DNA from: Sedimentisphaerales bacterium
Lineage (GTDB): Bacteria; Planctomycetota; Phycisphaerae; Sedimentisphaerales; SM23-30
Direction of reading: 5' to 3'
DNA: 64,000 nt
Assembly: GCA_963663965.2 (NCBI GenBank)
Contig: CAXXFK010000020.1
Location: forward strand, 256,001-320,000
Part shown: one piece after another, positions 33,186 through 42,800 of the stretch
Numbering within the stretch: the first letter of the stretch is position 1
Layout of the letters: each line of letters begins with the position of its first letter
Made by a program: the position numbers and the translations under genes
The notes under the pieces: generated by a model
Told to the model about the DNA's origin: nothing
Databases searched by the model: none
Seen by the model: only the letters and a program-made list of their open reading frames with translations

Positions 33186-34145
33186 ATGTCCTGCCGCCTT
33201 CGCTTCAAGCAAACCCGGTTCGCCGCCTTCTACCACGTCTACAGCCGCATCGCCGGCTCACCCGCCGACCGCCCGCTCCAGCAGCCCAATTGCCGCCGCA
33301 AACTCCTCGCCCTCATCCAGCACTACACCCGCGCCTACTGCTGCGAGGTCGCCGCCTTCGCCCTCATGGGCAACCACTACCACCTCATCCTCCGCTTCGA
33401 CCCCAAATCCCAGCTCCCGCCCGCCGAACTCGCCCGCCGCGCCCACCTCCTCTACCCCGGCCCCCATTCCCAGGAAATCATCGCCAACTGGTCCCCGGCC
33501 CAATGGCAGCGCTTCAACGACCGCCTCTTCGACCTCTCCGAGCTCCTCCGCAACCTCCAGGCCCGCTTCGCCAAATGGTACAACCAGACCTTCGAACGCC
33601 GCGGCCGCTTCTGGGCCACGCGCTTCAAGTCTGTATTCCTCAAAGACTTACGCGCCGTCCGCGACTGCATGCTCTACGTCGATCTCAACCCTGTCCGCGC
33701 CGGCCAGGCCGCCCACCCCGCCGATTACGAGTTCTGCTCCTACCACCAACGCACCCAGCGCGGCCACACCGCCGCCTGGCTGCTGCCCCTCCATCAACTC
33801 TTCGACCAGCGCACCACCGAGCCCCAGGCCCTCAAAGATTACACCCACCGCCTCACCTACCGCGGCAACCTCACACCTTCAGACGCCGACTCCCAGGCCA
33901 AGCACCCCCCAATCCCCGCCGCCATCCTCGAAAACGAGCAATCCCTGGGTTTCGCCCACCCCGGCCTCTTCCTGCAACAGTTCAAACACTTCATCGACGG
34001 CCTGGCCATCGGCTCCGAAACCTACATCCGCCAGCAACTTCAAACCTTCCGACAAACCGGCCAATACCACCGCCGCACCAACTCCATCCCCCTCCCCACC
34101 GGCCTCTTCGCCCTCAAAGCCGTCCATGCGGTTGGTGTAAAATAA
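33186..34145 (+). CDS. REP-associated tyrosine (Y1/HUH) transposase-like protein
   Basis: FYHVYSRI, AFALMGNHYHLIL (HUH), RRGRFWATRFKSV, YVDLNPVRAG, YEFCSY. AGGAG RBS before ATG 33186. Confidence 0.85.
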   Translation: MSCRLRFKQTRFAAFYHVYSRIAGSPADRPLQQPNCRRKLLALIQHYTRAYCCEVAAFALMGNHYHLILRFDPKSQLPPAELARRAHLLYPGPHSQEIIANWSPAQWQRFNDRLFDLSELLRNLQARFAKWYNQTFERRGRFWATRFKSVFLKDLRAVRDCMLYVDLNPVRAGQAAHPADYEFCSYHQRTQRGHTAAWLLPLHQLFDQRTTEPQALKDYTHRLTYRGNLTPSDADSQAKHPPIPAAILENEQSLGFAHPGLFLQQFKHFIDGLAIGSETYIRQQLQTFRQTGQYHRRTNSIPLPTGLFALKAVHAVGVK

Positions 34146-34235
34146 AAGTTCCCTGTCTCACAATCATTCATCATATCTCTTGACAAACAATCACAACTTA
34201 CCAGAAAGCGAGAAAGCGCCGTTTGTTCCTACTCA

Positions 34236-34676
34236 TCACAAACTCCCCAAGCCACTATCATAACTGACCTTTTTCCCCAAAAGATTTAAAATGAATTTAA
34301 TCTTATCCATCTCAGCCTGCGAAAGTTTAACCAAGCCATTATCCGGATCAGCAACAATAGAATTCGGCGAATAGAGTCCAATCATATCGCCACTTAACGC
34401 CGCCCAATAATATGTCAGTTCTTCAACGCTATTAGCGCGAATCGCATCTCTTCGGATCTCCTCTACCAATACCTGTCTGCTCGGCATCGGAAACAGATAA
34501 TATCCAACTTCTACCCCAGTATCGATCCGGGCAATATGCATAACGTTGGAGACCGTCCAATCCAGATTGGATTCATAATCCGGCGGCTCCTTATAAACCG
34601 ATTGCTTACATCCTGTTCCAACAAAACAGATTGCCAGTATAACAAAACATCGAATCGCAATTATCATTGCCCGCAT
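34236..34676 (-). CDS. Hypothetical lipoprotein
   Basis: Hydrophobic N-terminus with lipobox-like GTGC; start codon uncertain. Confidence 0.55.
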   Translation of the reverse strand: MRAMIIAIRCFVILAICFVGTGCKQSVYKEPPDYESNLDWTVSNVMHIARIDTGVEVGYYLFPMPSRQVLVEEIRRDAIRANSVEELTYYWAALSGDMIGLYSPNSIVADPDNGLVKLSQAEMDKIKFILNLLGKKVSYDSGLGSL

Positions 34677-34731
34677 CTTCACCATCTGCATCTGAATAAA
34701 TTCCTAAAAGTCTAACAAAATAATTCTATCT

Positions 34732-35260
34732 TCAAAGCCAGACTAAATCCCCGGTATAAGGATACAAAGCGGCTGTACCGCCGGTATGCCAGAACAGTAC
34801 GCGGTCTTTCTTATCGATCTGACCGCTTCGAATCATATCGATCAATCCTGCCATCGCCCGCCCAGTATAGACGGGATCCAAAAGAATTCCTTCTGCTTGC
34901 GCCATGGCTTTGATTGCCTCACGGTCCCCTTCGCTCACCACCCCATAACCGCTATTCGAATAAGCGGTCCTGATGTCAATGTCAGACCTGCTGATATCAA
35001 TATCCATCTCCAGATGTTTGATAGTCTCCCGGCTGATAACCAACACCTTTTCCGCTAAAGTCAGCTGGCCGTACTGCTCCTTCTCAATGCCAATACCAAT
35101 AACTTGATATTTGTTTCCCAATAATCGATTACCAACCACCATGCCGGCCTGGGTCCCTCCGGAACTGGAAGCAAAAATAATCTGTGAAATCGATTGCTTC
35201 ATGTCAGTCAACTGGGTATCCAGTTCCTTCATGGCCTGGACATACCCCATCGCTCCCAGA
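34732..35260 (-). pseudogene. D-cysteine desulfhydrase/ACC deaminase family, 5'-truncated by IS
   Basis: LGAMGY, ASSSGGTQAG, EGILLDPVYTGRAMAGL, VLFWHTGG present. The N-terminal half, including the PLP-lysine GNK motif, is missing; the ORF runs into the IS end. Confidence 0.85.
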
Positions 35261-37100
35261 TAGTTAGAGCCTGTCCGTAGCTTTAACCCTATAGATTTCA
35301 AAAGATTATGTAAAAGAGTCGGAGTTATAGCGTGCTATTTTGGGTCAAAACCGTAAAATAGGTGTGTTATAAAATGTTTTGCGAATCATTTTTCCTTAAA
35401 AAAGGGAACACACCTATGCCAGAGATTTTACCCGTTCAGCAGTTGTTTGACAAAGGTATTCCGGAAGAATTTGGCTGTCTGGAGTATCGCCAGGAACGCC
35501 AGCAGTTGCTGGCCATGGACCAGATCATCCGCCACAGCGATCTGGAGCAGTTGTTTCTCCAGTATTTTCTCGACAAAGCTTACGCTGAAATGGCCATCGA
35601 GCACTTTGGCACTGACACGCCGGTTAAATTAACCCATACGGATCGCATGAATATTCGTGCCCAGGCCGTTTGGGCGTTACGGATGTCGATCCTGCGTAAG
35701 CGGCTGGGTTTGTCGTTGCGTAAATTTGCCGTGGCCTTGTCTCATAGCGAACTGTATCAGTGGTTTTGCGGCATTAACCGCTTTGATCTGCCCCGGATCC
35801 CCGGCAAAACCAGAATCAACGAGTTGGAAAACGCGCTTTCGCCTCAGTTAATCGCTCAGGCGGAAGAACTGTTTTTTCAAGTGGCCCAGGGTTCGGTTGT
35901 TTTGGAGGCCCCCCTGGATTTCAGTCAGGCTTATTTTGACTGTACCTGCATTGGCGCCCACATTCATTATCCGATCGACTGGCTGCTGTTTAGAGATGCG
36001 ACCCGTACCTTGATGAAGGCGACGGCCCGTATTCGTAAAGCCGGGATCCTGTGTCGCATGCCTTGCGAGCCGGCTAAGTTTATTTCAAACATGAATAAGC
36101 TCTGCATGGAGATGACCTATGTTAACCGCAAAAAGGGCGCGAAAAAACTGCGTAAAGCGGTTTTGCGAAAGATGAAAAAACTGATCCGGCGGGTCTTGAA
36201 TCATGCGGAAAATCATCTGAAAAACCTGGAAAACCACTGGAAAAAGGCCGATATCGCTCTCGGTTCCGTCCGGCAAATCGTCAAACAGATTACCGGCGTG
36301 ACCTGTCAGTTGGCCGCCGTGGTCAGGCAGGCTCACGAACGCATGATCGGCGAACGCAAGGTTGCCAATCCAGACAAGATCTTGAGCCTTTACGAGCCGG
36401 ATATCCATGTGATCGTGCGCCGCAAGGCCGGCGCGGAGACGGAATTTGGCAACCAACTTTATCTGGCCGAACAATCCAATGGCTTAATCATGGACTGGAA
36501 GTTATTTCGTCAGCAAGGTCCCAGCGATGAAAAAATGCTTAAAGCCAGCCACCGGCGTATGGAAGAGAAGCTTGGTAATCAAGTCAAGCTGTTGGCCGGC
36601 GATCGGGGCTTCGACAGCGCCGGGAATCGCCAATACATGGAAAGTCACGATATTTTTAATGCGGTTTGTCCGCTCAGCCCGGCCTTGCTGAAGGAAAGGC
36701 TTCAGGAAGAGCCGTTCCGGCAGGCTCAGACTCGCCGCAGTCAGACCGAAGCCCGAATCAGCATCCTGAGCCATGGTTTTTGCGGGGCGCCCATGAAACA
36801 AAAAGGCTTTGATCACCGCCAAGTCCATATGGGCCTGAGCATTTTATCGCACAACCTCTGGGTATTGGCCAGAATTAAGCTGGCTCAAGAGGAAGAACGG
36901 GAAAAAGAACGACAAAAAGTGGCTTAAAACCACCCCGGCTTGCCCTGTTTATGGGGCTACTATGCGCAGAAATCGGAAAATCACCCGCTGAACGAAAATA
37001 ACCTGGACGCCAGCCGTCATCTACTGATGATACGATTGAAAATCCGTCCTCCCAAAACCGCGGCTCACAAAATCCAAGAATTGCGGACAGGCTCTAACTA
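35261..37100 (+). mobile_element. Insertion sequence (IS5/ISNCY-like DDE element)
   Basis: 17-bp perfect inverted repeat TAGTTAGAGCCTGTCCG / CGGACAGGCTCTAACTA enclosing a transposase. The true end may lie up to 6 bp further in. Confidence 0.85.
35416..36927 (+). CDS. DDE transposase
   Basis: FDCTCI..HIHYPIDWLL, KILSLYEPD..VIVRRKAG..EFG, AGDRGF, RSQTEARI. Confidence 0.88.
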   Translation: MPEILPVQQLFDKGIPEEFGCLEYRQERQQLLAMDQIIRHSDLEQLFLQYFLDKAYAEMAIEHFGTDTPVKLTHTDRMNIRAQAVWALRMSILRKRLGLSLRKFAVALSHSELYQWFCGINRFDLPRIPGKTRINELENALSPQLIAQAEELFFQVAQGSVVLEAPLDFSQAYFDCTCIGAHIHYPIDWLLFRDATRTLMKATARIRKAGILCRMPCEPAKFISNMNKLCMEMTYVNRKKGAKKLRKAVLRKMKKLIRRVLNHAENHLKNLENHWKKADIALGSVRQIVKQITGVTCQLAAVVRQAHERMIGERKVANPDKILSLYEPDIHVIVRRKAGAETEFGNQLYLAEQSNGLIMDWKLFRQQGPSDEKMLKASHRRMEEKLGNQVKLLAGDRGFDSAGNRQYMESHDIFNAVCPLSPALLKERLQEEPFRQAQTRRSQTEARISILSHGFCGAPMKQKGFDHRQVHMGLSILSHNLWVLARIKLAQEEEREKERQKVA

Positions 37101-37248
37101 CCAATCATTGCCTGATCACCCAACCCCATATTATAATCCAGCCCAACATCAATCCCCCGGCCCATAACCTCAACGCCCCAGAGACATTCCCCCCCCAACT
37201 AAACGAACCCATTTCTAATATTTTCGAGCTTAAACTGGTTGATAATAA

Positions 37249-37409
37249 GGGTACCTCTAATAATTGCTTTAGAGGCGAAAGCGAGGATGATTTTTCTCTG
37301 GCAAGGAACAAAGAACCGGGCATATTAGTCAATATTCACGGTTTTTTGTGACGCCGTCCAGAGGAAAATCAGACCGCTTGCAGCCCTGAATGAATTATTA
37401 GAGGTGCCC
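37249..37409. mobile_element. Second MITE-like palindromic element
   Basis: Terminal inverted repeats GGGTACCTCTAATAATT / AATTATTAGAGGTGCCC flanked by TAA/TTA. Internal complementary arms TGATTTTTCTCTGG/CCAGAGGAAAATCA and ACAAAGAACCGGGCATATT/AATATTCACGGTTTTTTGT. Confidence 0.75.
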
Positions 37410-37445
37410 TTATATTAAACCACGATCCCAAACGAATCAAATTTA

Positions 37446-37465
37446 GCGGCAAGCCTCCTTGCCGC
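37446..37465. repeat. Short perfect hairpin (terminator or REP-like) downstream of the floA operon
   Basis: GCGGCAAG-CCTC-CTTGCCGC. Confidence 0.45.
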
Positions 37466-37524
37466 ACACAGACTCCCCCCCCGGTGAGTACTCCTTCATC
37501 CGTATCATACTACCCAAAAACCAA

Positions 37525-38067
37525 TCATTCATCCGCCTTGGGCTTACCGATAATCGTACTCAAAATCACCGCCTGCCGCATAGTCTTTGGATTAAGAGGG
37601 ATCCGTTTTCGATCAGGCCTGGATGCCTGCTGAGATGAGCTGATTTCCGACTGGCTCACCTCTTTACGGTTGTTCAATACTCTTTTAACAGATCCAACCG
37701 TCCCAACTCCCTGCCCCCTCATCGGTTGAGACTTTACCGCGCCAATGGATGCCTGAGAGGGAACTTGCTTGTTCATGGGCCTGGTCTTCACCACGACAGC
37801 CGGCCCGCTGCGCGGAATGGGCCGGGATGGACGCTGAACAGGCGCAGGTTTAATTTCAGGTTCAGAGGTCGCCGCGTACTCCTCATTGCGATTGTCCGGC
37901 CATTCAACCGGTTTTTGCGGCGAACGGTCGGGAGGAGGCGCTTTCTTTTTACGCTGACTCAATCCGCCCAGCGCCGAAAGAATAATAAATATCAAAACCG
38001 GCAGATACTCAAATAGATCAAACGGTCCGCGGTCCTCCAGGATCATCATGTCATAAATAATGGTCAT
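37525..38067 (-). CDS. YqfB-like membrane-anchored protein
   Basis: N-terminal TM, low-complexity linker, C-terminal RQAVILSTIIGKPKA; directly downstream of floA. Confidence 0.65.
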   Translation of the reverse strand: MTIIYDMMILEDRGPFDLFEYLPVLIFIILSALGGLSQRKKKAPPPDRSPQKPVEWPDNRNEEYAATSEPEIKPAPVQRPSRPIPRSGPAVVVKTRPMNKQVPSQASIGAVKSQPMRGQGVGTVGSVKRVLNNRKEVSQSEISSSQQASRPDRKRIPLNPKTMRQAVILSTIIGKPKADE

Positions 38068-38068
38068 A

Positions 38069-39208
38069 TCAAGCCTTGGTTTCACCTTCTTTACCGATGG
38101 AATCCCGCATATTGGTATCGGCAATAATATTCTTCATGCGATAATAATCCATCACTCCCAGGTGACCGCTGCGAAACGCGTCAGAAATGGCCTTGGGCAC
38201 TTCCGCCTCAGCCAGCACCAGTTTGGCCCGGTTCTCCTGAACCAGCGCCACCATTTCCTGTTCACGCGCCACCGCCATCGCCCGGCGCCCTTCAGCCTCA
38301 GCCTGCCGCATTTGCTTATCCGCTTCAGCCCGTTCGGTCTCCAGCAACGCCCCCACATTAGCCACATCCCGCACCGAGGCCACACTTACATCGGCAATAT
38401 CAATGGAAACGATCTCAAACGCCGTCTGGGCGTCGAGCCCGCTTTCCAGTACCTTGCGCGAAATCCGATCCGGATTCTCCAGCACCTCTTTATAACTGGC
38501 CGCCGATCCGATCGCGCTGACAATCCCCTGGCCCACACGGGCAATAATCGTCTCTTCCGTGGCGCCCCGGACAATCTGGTTGATATTGGATCGGACCGTC
38601 ACCCGCGCCTTAACCAGGAGCCGGATACCATCTTTCGCCACCGCGTCCAGCATGCCCGTCTGGGTCGACGCCGATTGCGGACAATCGATAATCTTGGGCT
38701 TGACCGTTGTTCTTACCGCATCCAGCACATCCCGGCCCGCCAGGTCAATCGCACGCGCAACATCCAGAGAAAGATCAATTTTCGCCCGATGCGCCGCGAT
38801 CATCGCCTGCACCAGTTCCACCACATGCCCGCCGGCAAAATGATGGGCCTGTAATTCATCAAAATTAATCATTAATCCCGCTTTATGGGCCAGAATCATC
38901 GCTTCAGTACAAATCAGCACGTCTTTGGGATTACCCCGCACCAGAAACACACTTTCCAGCGCCGGCGTTTTCAGGTCCAGAATACCGGCTTTAACCGCCG
39001 ATATCCTGGTCTTGACAATCAGTTGCGGCGGCACTTTCCGCAGCCACATCCCGATCAGATCCAGAAAACTGACACTGGCGCCACTGGACAGGGCCTGTAT
39101 CCAGATACTTAAAAACCGGGCCATCACCACAAATATGCCCAATACCAGTAGAATTCCGATCGAAATGGCAACTAACCAGCCATTACTAATATCCAGCAGC
39201 ATATTCAT
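38069..39208 (-). CDS. floA: Flotillin-like protein FloA (YqfA family)
   Basis: [75 protein letters not shown]. Confidence 0.92.
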   Translation of the reverse strand: MNMLLDISNGWLVAISIGILLVLGIFVVMARFLSIWIQALSSGASVSFLDLIGMWLRKVPPQLIVKTRISAVKAGILDLKTPALESVFLVRGNPKDVLICTEAMILAHKAGLMINFDELQAHHFAGGHVVELVQAMIAAHRAKIDLSLDVARAIDLAGRDVLDAVRTTVKPKIIDCPQSASTQTGMLDAVAKDGIRLLVKARVTVRSNINQIVRGATEETIIARVGQGIVSAIGSAASYKEVLENPDRISRKVLESGLDAQTAFEIVSIDIADVSVASVRDVANVGALLETERAEADKQMRQAEAEGRRAMAVAREQEMVALVQENRAKLVLAEAEVPKAISDAFRSGHLGVMDYYRMKNIIADTNMRDSIGKEGETKA

Positions 39209-39456
39209 AATCGAACCTGCTCCTTCCTGATAATATTACCGTTTATGCATGATGAACTCAGGCAACCTCATAAAATTCATAAGATTACCAAACGATTCTT
39301 AATCTACTCAAATTATAAGGCCATTGATAAAGATAGCAAATTAAATCCCAGATATCGATTTGCCATAGATTCTCAAGATAAATATAGGGCGATTTTCCAT
39401 TCGATATCTGGCTGTAAGTTATTATAATAGCATAAGTTTACTTTCTATATATGATA

Positions 39457-41748
39457 ATGAGTACCATTCGTCGACAAATTACCATTACCGGACAGGTCCA
39501 GGGCGTAGGCTTTCGACCGTTTATCTATCTATTGGCTCACCGGCTGGGCCTGACCGGCAAGGTCTACAATTCCGGCCTGGGCGTTATCATTGAAATTCAG
39601 GGAACGACCAAACAGACCGCCCAGTTTGTTCGGGACGCCATTCAACAAGCACCGTCGTTATCATCTCCCAATCTTGAAAAAGATCAGATCATTCCAATCA
39701 TACCGGATGAAAGCCATTTTTATATCGCCGGATCGCAATCCGGGAACAACCGGGATCTTTCCATTACTCCCGACGCCGCCATATGTTCCGATTGCCGCCG
39801 CGAATTACTGGATCCCAATGACCGACGCTATCGTTATCCATTTATCAACTGTACGCAATGCGGCCCACGTTATACGATAATCTCGGATGTCCCATATGAC
39901 CGGCCGCATACGACTATGCGTGTCTTTAAGATGTGTGACGCCTGTCAGGCTGAATACGATAATCCGGCCAATCGCCGGTTTCACGCCCAGCCCAACGCCT
40001 GTCCGGAATGCGGTCCGCATGTCTGGTTAACCGATGCAACCGGCCAGATTATTGAGGAGGAAGATCCTATTAAACTGGCGGTTCAGTGGCTGGAAGATGG
40101 CAAAATTCTGGCAGTCAAAGGCCTGGGTGGTTTTCATCTGGCAGTCAGAGCGGATGATAACCATGCCGTTGCCAGTTTGCGGCTGCGAAAGTTACGACAG
40201 GCCAAAGCGTTCGCACTGATGGTTCGCGATCTGGAAGCCGCGCGACAAATAGCCACCTTTGATTCAACTGCGGCAGATCTGCTCCAAACTTCAGCCGCTC
40301 CCATTGTTTTATGCCCCAAACTGCCCCATCACAAACTTAGCGATCAGGTGGCGCCCCACTCGCGCGAATTTGGCATTATGCTGCCTTATACCCCCTTGCA
40401 TGTCCTGTTGATGCTGGGAAACTACCCGGCCCTGGTCATGACCAGCGGTAACAGTACCGACGAACCCATCGAAGCGGATAACACCCACGCGCTGGCGCGG
40501 CTGGCGGAGATTGCCGATGGATTTCTACTGCATGACCGTGCCATTTTTACCAGTTGCGATGATTCCGTTGTGCGGCTGGTTCAAGGCCGGCCCATGCTGT
40601 TACGTCGCGCCCGTGGGTATGTACCCCGCATGTTGGATCTGGATCGTCAGAGTAAACTGGATATTCTGGCTCTGGGCAGTGATTTGAAAAATACCGTAAC
40701 TATTTTAAAGGAAGACAAGGCTTTTGTCGGCCAGCATACCGGCGATCTCGAAAATGAAAACACCAGCCGGGTGGCCTTTAACTCCACAGAAAAACTATTG
40801 GCGCTCAGCGGAGCGCAACCGGCGGCGATTGTCTGCGACTTACACCCGGCTATGGTGAGTTCCAGGCACGCCCGCGATTTCCAACAGCCGGTTGTTCCAG
40901 TTCAACATCACCATGCCCATATTGCCGCGGTGATGGGCGAATATCAAATCAACCATCCAGTCATTGGCCTGGCGCTTGATGGACTGGGTTATGGCAGTGA
41001 CGGTTCGATCTGGGGTGGAGAGCTGCTTCTGGTTGAACGAGCCCGGTTTCGGCGTTTGGGCCACCTGAGTCACTTCCAACAACCCGGCGGCGACATGGCC
41101 GGCCGGCAACCCTGGCGTATGGCGCTGAGTTGCCTGCATGCCGCCTTCGGAACGGAACTGGCCAGAAATCTTGCCAAACAATTCTTGTCCTGTTCAGCGG
41201 AAGAATCTGATCCAATTTTAACTATGCTGGAAAAGGGAATTAATTGCCCGGCCACTTCCAGTCTGGGCCGGCTGTTTGATGCCGTCAGTGCCTTGATTGG
41301 AGTCTGCCGACAGAATACTTATGAAGCCCAGGCGGCCATCGAACTGGAATTCATCGCCGATCCAAACCCTGAATCTACCTATCAATATCAATGGTTGGAA
41401 CAGGATGGGCTAACCATCCTGGATAATCGCAAGGTCATTCAACAAATCCTTGACGACTTGCAGAACAAGCTGCCCACGGACCGGATTGCAGGGCGATTTC
41501 ACTCCTACCTGATCAATGCTCTTAGCGATGCCGCTTGTTCGCAGGCCAGACAGCATGAATGCAAGACAATCTGCCTGGCCGGCGGTGTGTTTCAAAATAA
41601 ACTCCTGCTGGAAGGAATAATTAACCGTCTCGAACAGCAAGGTCTGACCGTACGATTCAACCGTAAGCTACCGGTTAATGACGGTTCGATCTCGTTTGGT
41701 CAGGCGGTTGTGGCGGATGCCCTGATCGCCGAAGGGGCTATTCCTTGA
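39457..41748 (+). CDS. hypF: Carbamoyltransferase HypF
   Basis: Acylphosphatase GQVQGVGFRP; zinc fingers CSDC/CTQC/CDAC/CPEC; QHHHAH; NDGSISFGQ. Confidence 0.96.
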   Translation: MSTIRRQITITGQVQGVGFRPFIYLLAHRLGLTGKVYNSGLGVIIEIQGTTKQTAQFVRDAIQQAPSLSSPNLEKDQIIPIIPDESHFYIAGSQSGNNRDLSITPDAAICSDCRRELLDPNDRRYRYPFINCTQCGPRYTIISDVPYDRPHTTMRVFKMCDACQAEYDNPANRRFHAQPNACPECGPHVWLTDATGQIIEEEDPIKLAVQWLEDGKILAVKGLGGFHLAVRADDNHAVASLRLRKLRQAKAFALMVRDLEAARQIATFDSTAADLLQTSAAPIVLCPKLPHHKLSDQVAPHSREFGIMLPYTPLHVLLMLGNYPALVMTSGNSTDEPIEADNTHALARLAEIADGFLLHDRAIFTSCDDSVVRLVQGRPMLLRRARGYVPRMLDLDRQSKLDILALGSDLKNTVTILKEDKAFVGQHTGDLENENTSRVAFNSTEKLLALSGAQPAAIVCDLHPAMVSSRHARDFQQPVVPVQHHHAHIAAVMGEYQINHPVIGLALDGLGYGSDGSIWGGELLLVERARFRRLGHLSHFQQPGGDMAGRQPWRMALSCLHAAFGTELARNLAKQFLSCSAEESDPILTMLEKGINCPATSSLGRLFDAVSALIGVCRQNTYEAQAAIELEFIADPNPESTYQYQWLEQDGLTILDNRKVIQQILDDLQNKLPTDRIAGRFHSYLINALSDAACSQARQHECKTICLAGGVFQNKLLLEGIINRLEQQGLTVRFNRKLPVNDGSISFGQAVVADALIAEGAIP

Positions 41749-42421
41749 CAAATCCCGCCTGACGGCCAATATGCTGTGCAGGTTGTTCCAGTAACCAGTT
41801 CAGCCATTGATCGAAATTTTCACCGGTTTTGCTCGACACCGGTACTACCGGCGCCGTTCCATTTAATTTACGAATATCGGTCATCACCCGATCCATATCA
41901 AATTCACACACCTGCTTGATATCCATCTTGGTCAGCAAGACTATATCGGCCACACGAAAGATCGTGGGATATTTGGCGACCTTGTCATCACCTTCCGGAA
42001 AACTGTAAAGAATCGTTTTGACATTCTCGCCCAGATCAAATTCGCCCGGACAGACCATATTGCCCACATTTTCAATAAATAAATAATCGATCGTATTTAA
42101 ATCCAGGTTTTCCAGCGCCGCGGCAATCTGATTGGCGTAAAGATGACAACTTAATCCGGTATTAATTTGAATCGATTCGGCCGCCATTTTATCCAGCCGC
42201 TCGGCATCACGGGCGGTTTCCAGATCACCAACGATAACCGCGCAGCGTTTACCGCGCTCATTCAGGGCGGTGATGGTTTTTTCCAAAAGTGTCGTCTTGC
42301 CGCTGCCCGGCGAACTGATGAGATTAACTCCCAGAGTCCCGGCCGCTTTGAGTGTTTCACGAACCTGAGCGGCAATTTTGTCATTATCCTGCATGATATG
42401 TTTGATTGCTTTGATCTGCAT
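41738..42421 (-). CDS. hypB: Hydrogenase nickel-incorporation GTPase HypB
   Basis: SSPGSGKT, CHL, ENVGNMVCP, EGDDKVAKYP, TKMD. Confidence 0.95.
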   Translation of the reverse strand: MQIKAIKHIMQDNDKIAAQVRETLKAAGTLGVNLISSPGSGKTTLLEKTITALNERGKRCAVIVGDLETARDAERLDKMAAESIQINTGLSCHLYANQIAAALENLDLNTIDYLFIENVGNMVCPGEFDLGENVKTILYSFPEGDDKVAKYPTIFRVADIVLLTKMDIKQVCEFDMDRVMTDIRKLNGTAPVVPVSSKTGENFDQWLNWLLEQPAQHIGRQAGFVKE

Positions 42422-42438
42422 AGGTGCCCTTTCTGGTT

Positions 42439-42789
42439 TTATTCATCATTCTCCAATGAAACCGATTTCAGAATAATCTCATCGCCGGAAATCAGATCCA
42501 TATCCACTACTTGACATTGTTTGCACATAAAATCATCCACCTCGGCCTGCCAGCTTTGACCACAGGATTTACACTTAACGATAATCGGAATTTCAGTCAT
42601 GATCAGAATCGATCCTTCGGCCAGAGTCTCTTTGGTAGCGCTTTCCCAGGCTGTCTGCATGACCTCCGAAACAATCTGCTTCAATTGCCCGACATCCAGC
42701 TGCACTTCGGTCACTATCCGGGCGTTGTGTTTCTGGGCCAGGTCCATAACCTGTTCCATGATCGCACTGACTATACTGAATTCATGCAT
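42439..42789 (-). CDS. hypA: Hydrogenase maturation nickel metallochaperone HypA
   Basis: MHEFS N-terminus; CKSC and CKQC. Confidence 0.95.
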   Translation of the reverse strand: MHEFSIVSAIMEQVMDLAQKHNARIVTEVQLDVGQLKQIVSEVMQTAWESATKETLAEGSILIMTEIPIIVKCKSCGQSWQAEVDDFMCKQCQVVDMDLISGDEIILKSVSLENDE

Positions 42790-42800
42790 TGCTGTTCTCT

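Noticed and set aside
36940..37332. Short ORFs at 36940-37167 and 37105-37332
   Set aside because: They run across the IS end and the MITE, have no RBS or motif, and do not encode the missing desulfhydrase N-terminus
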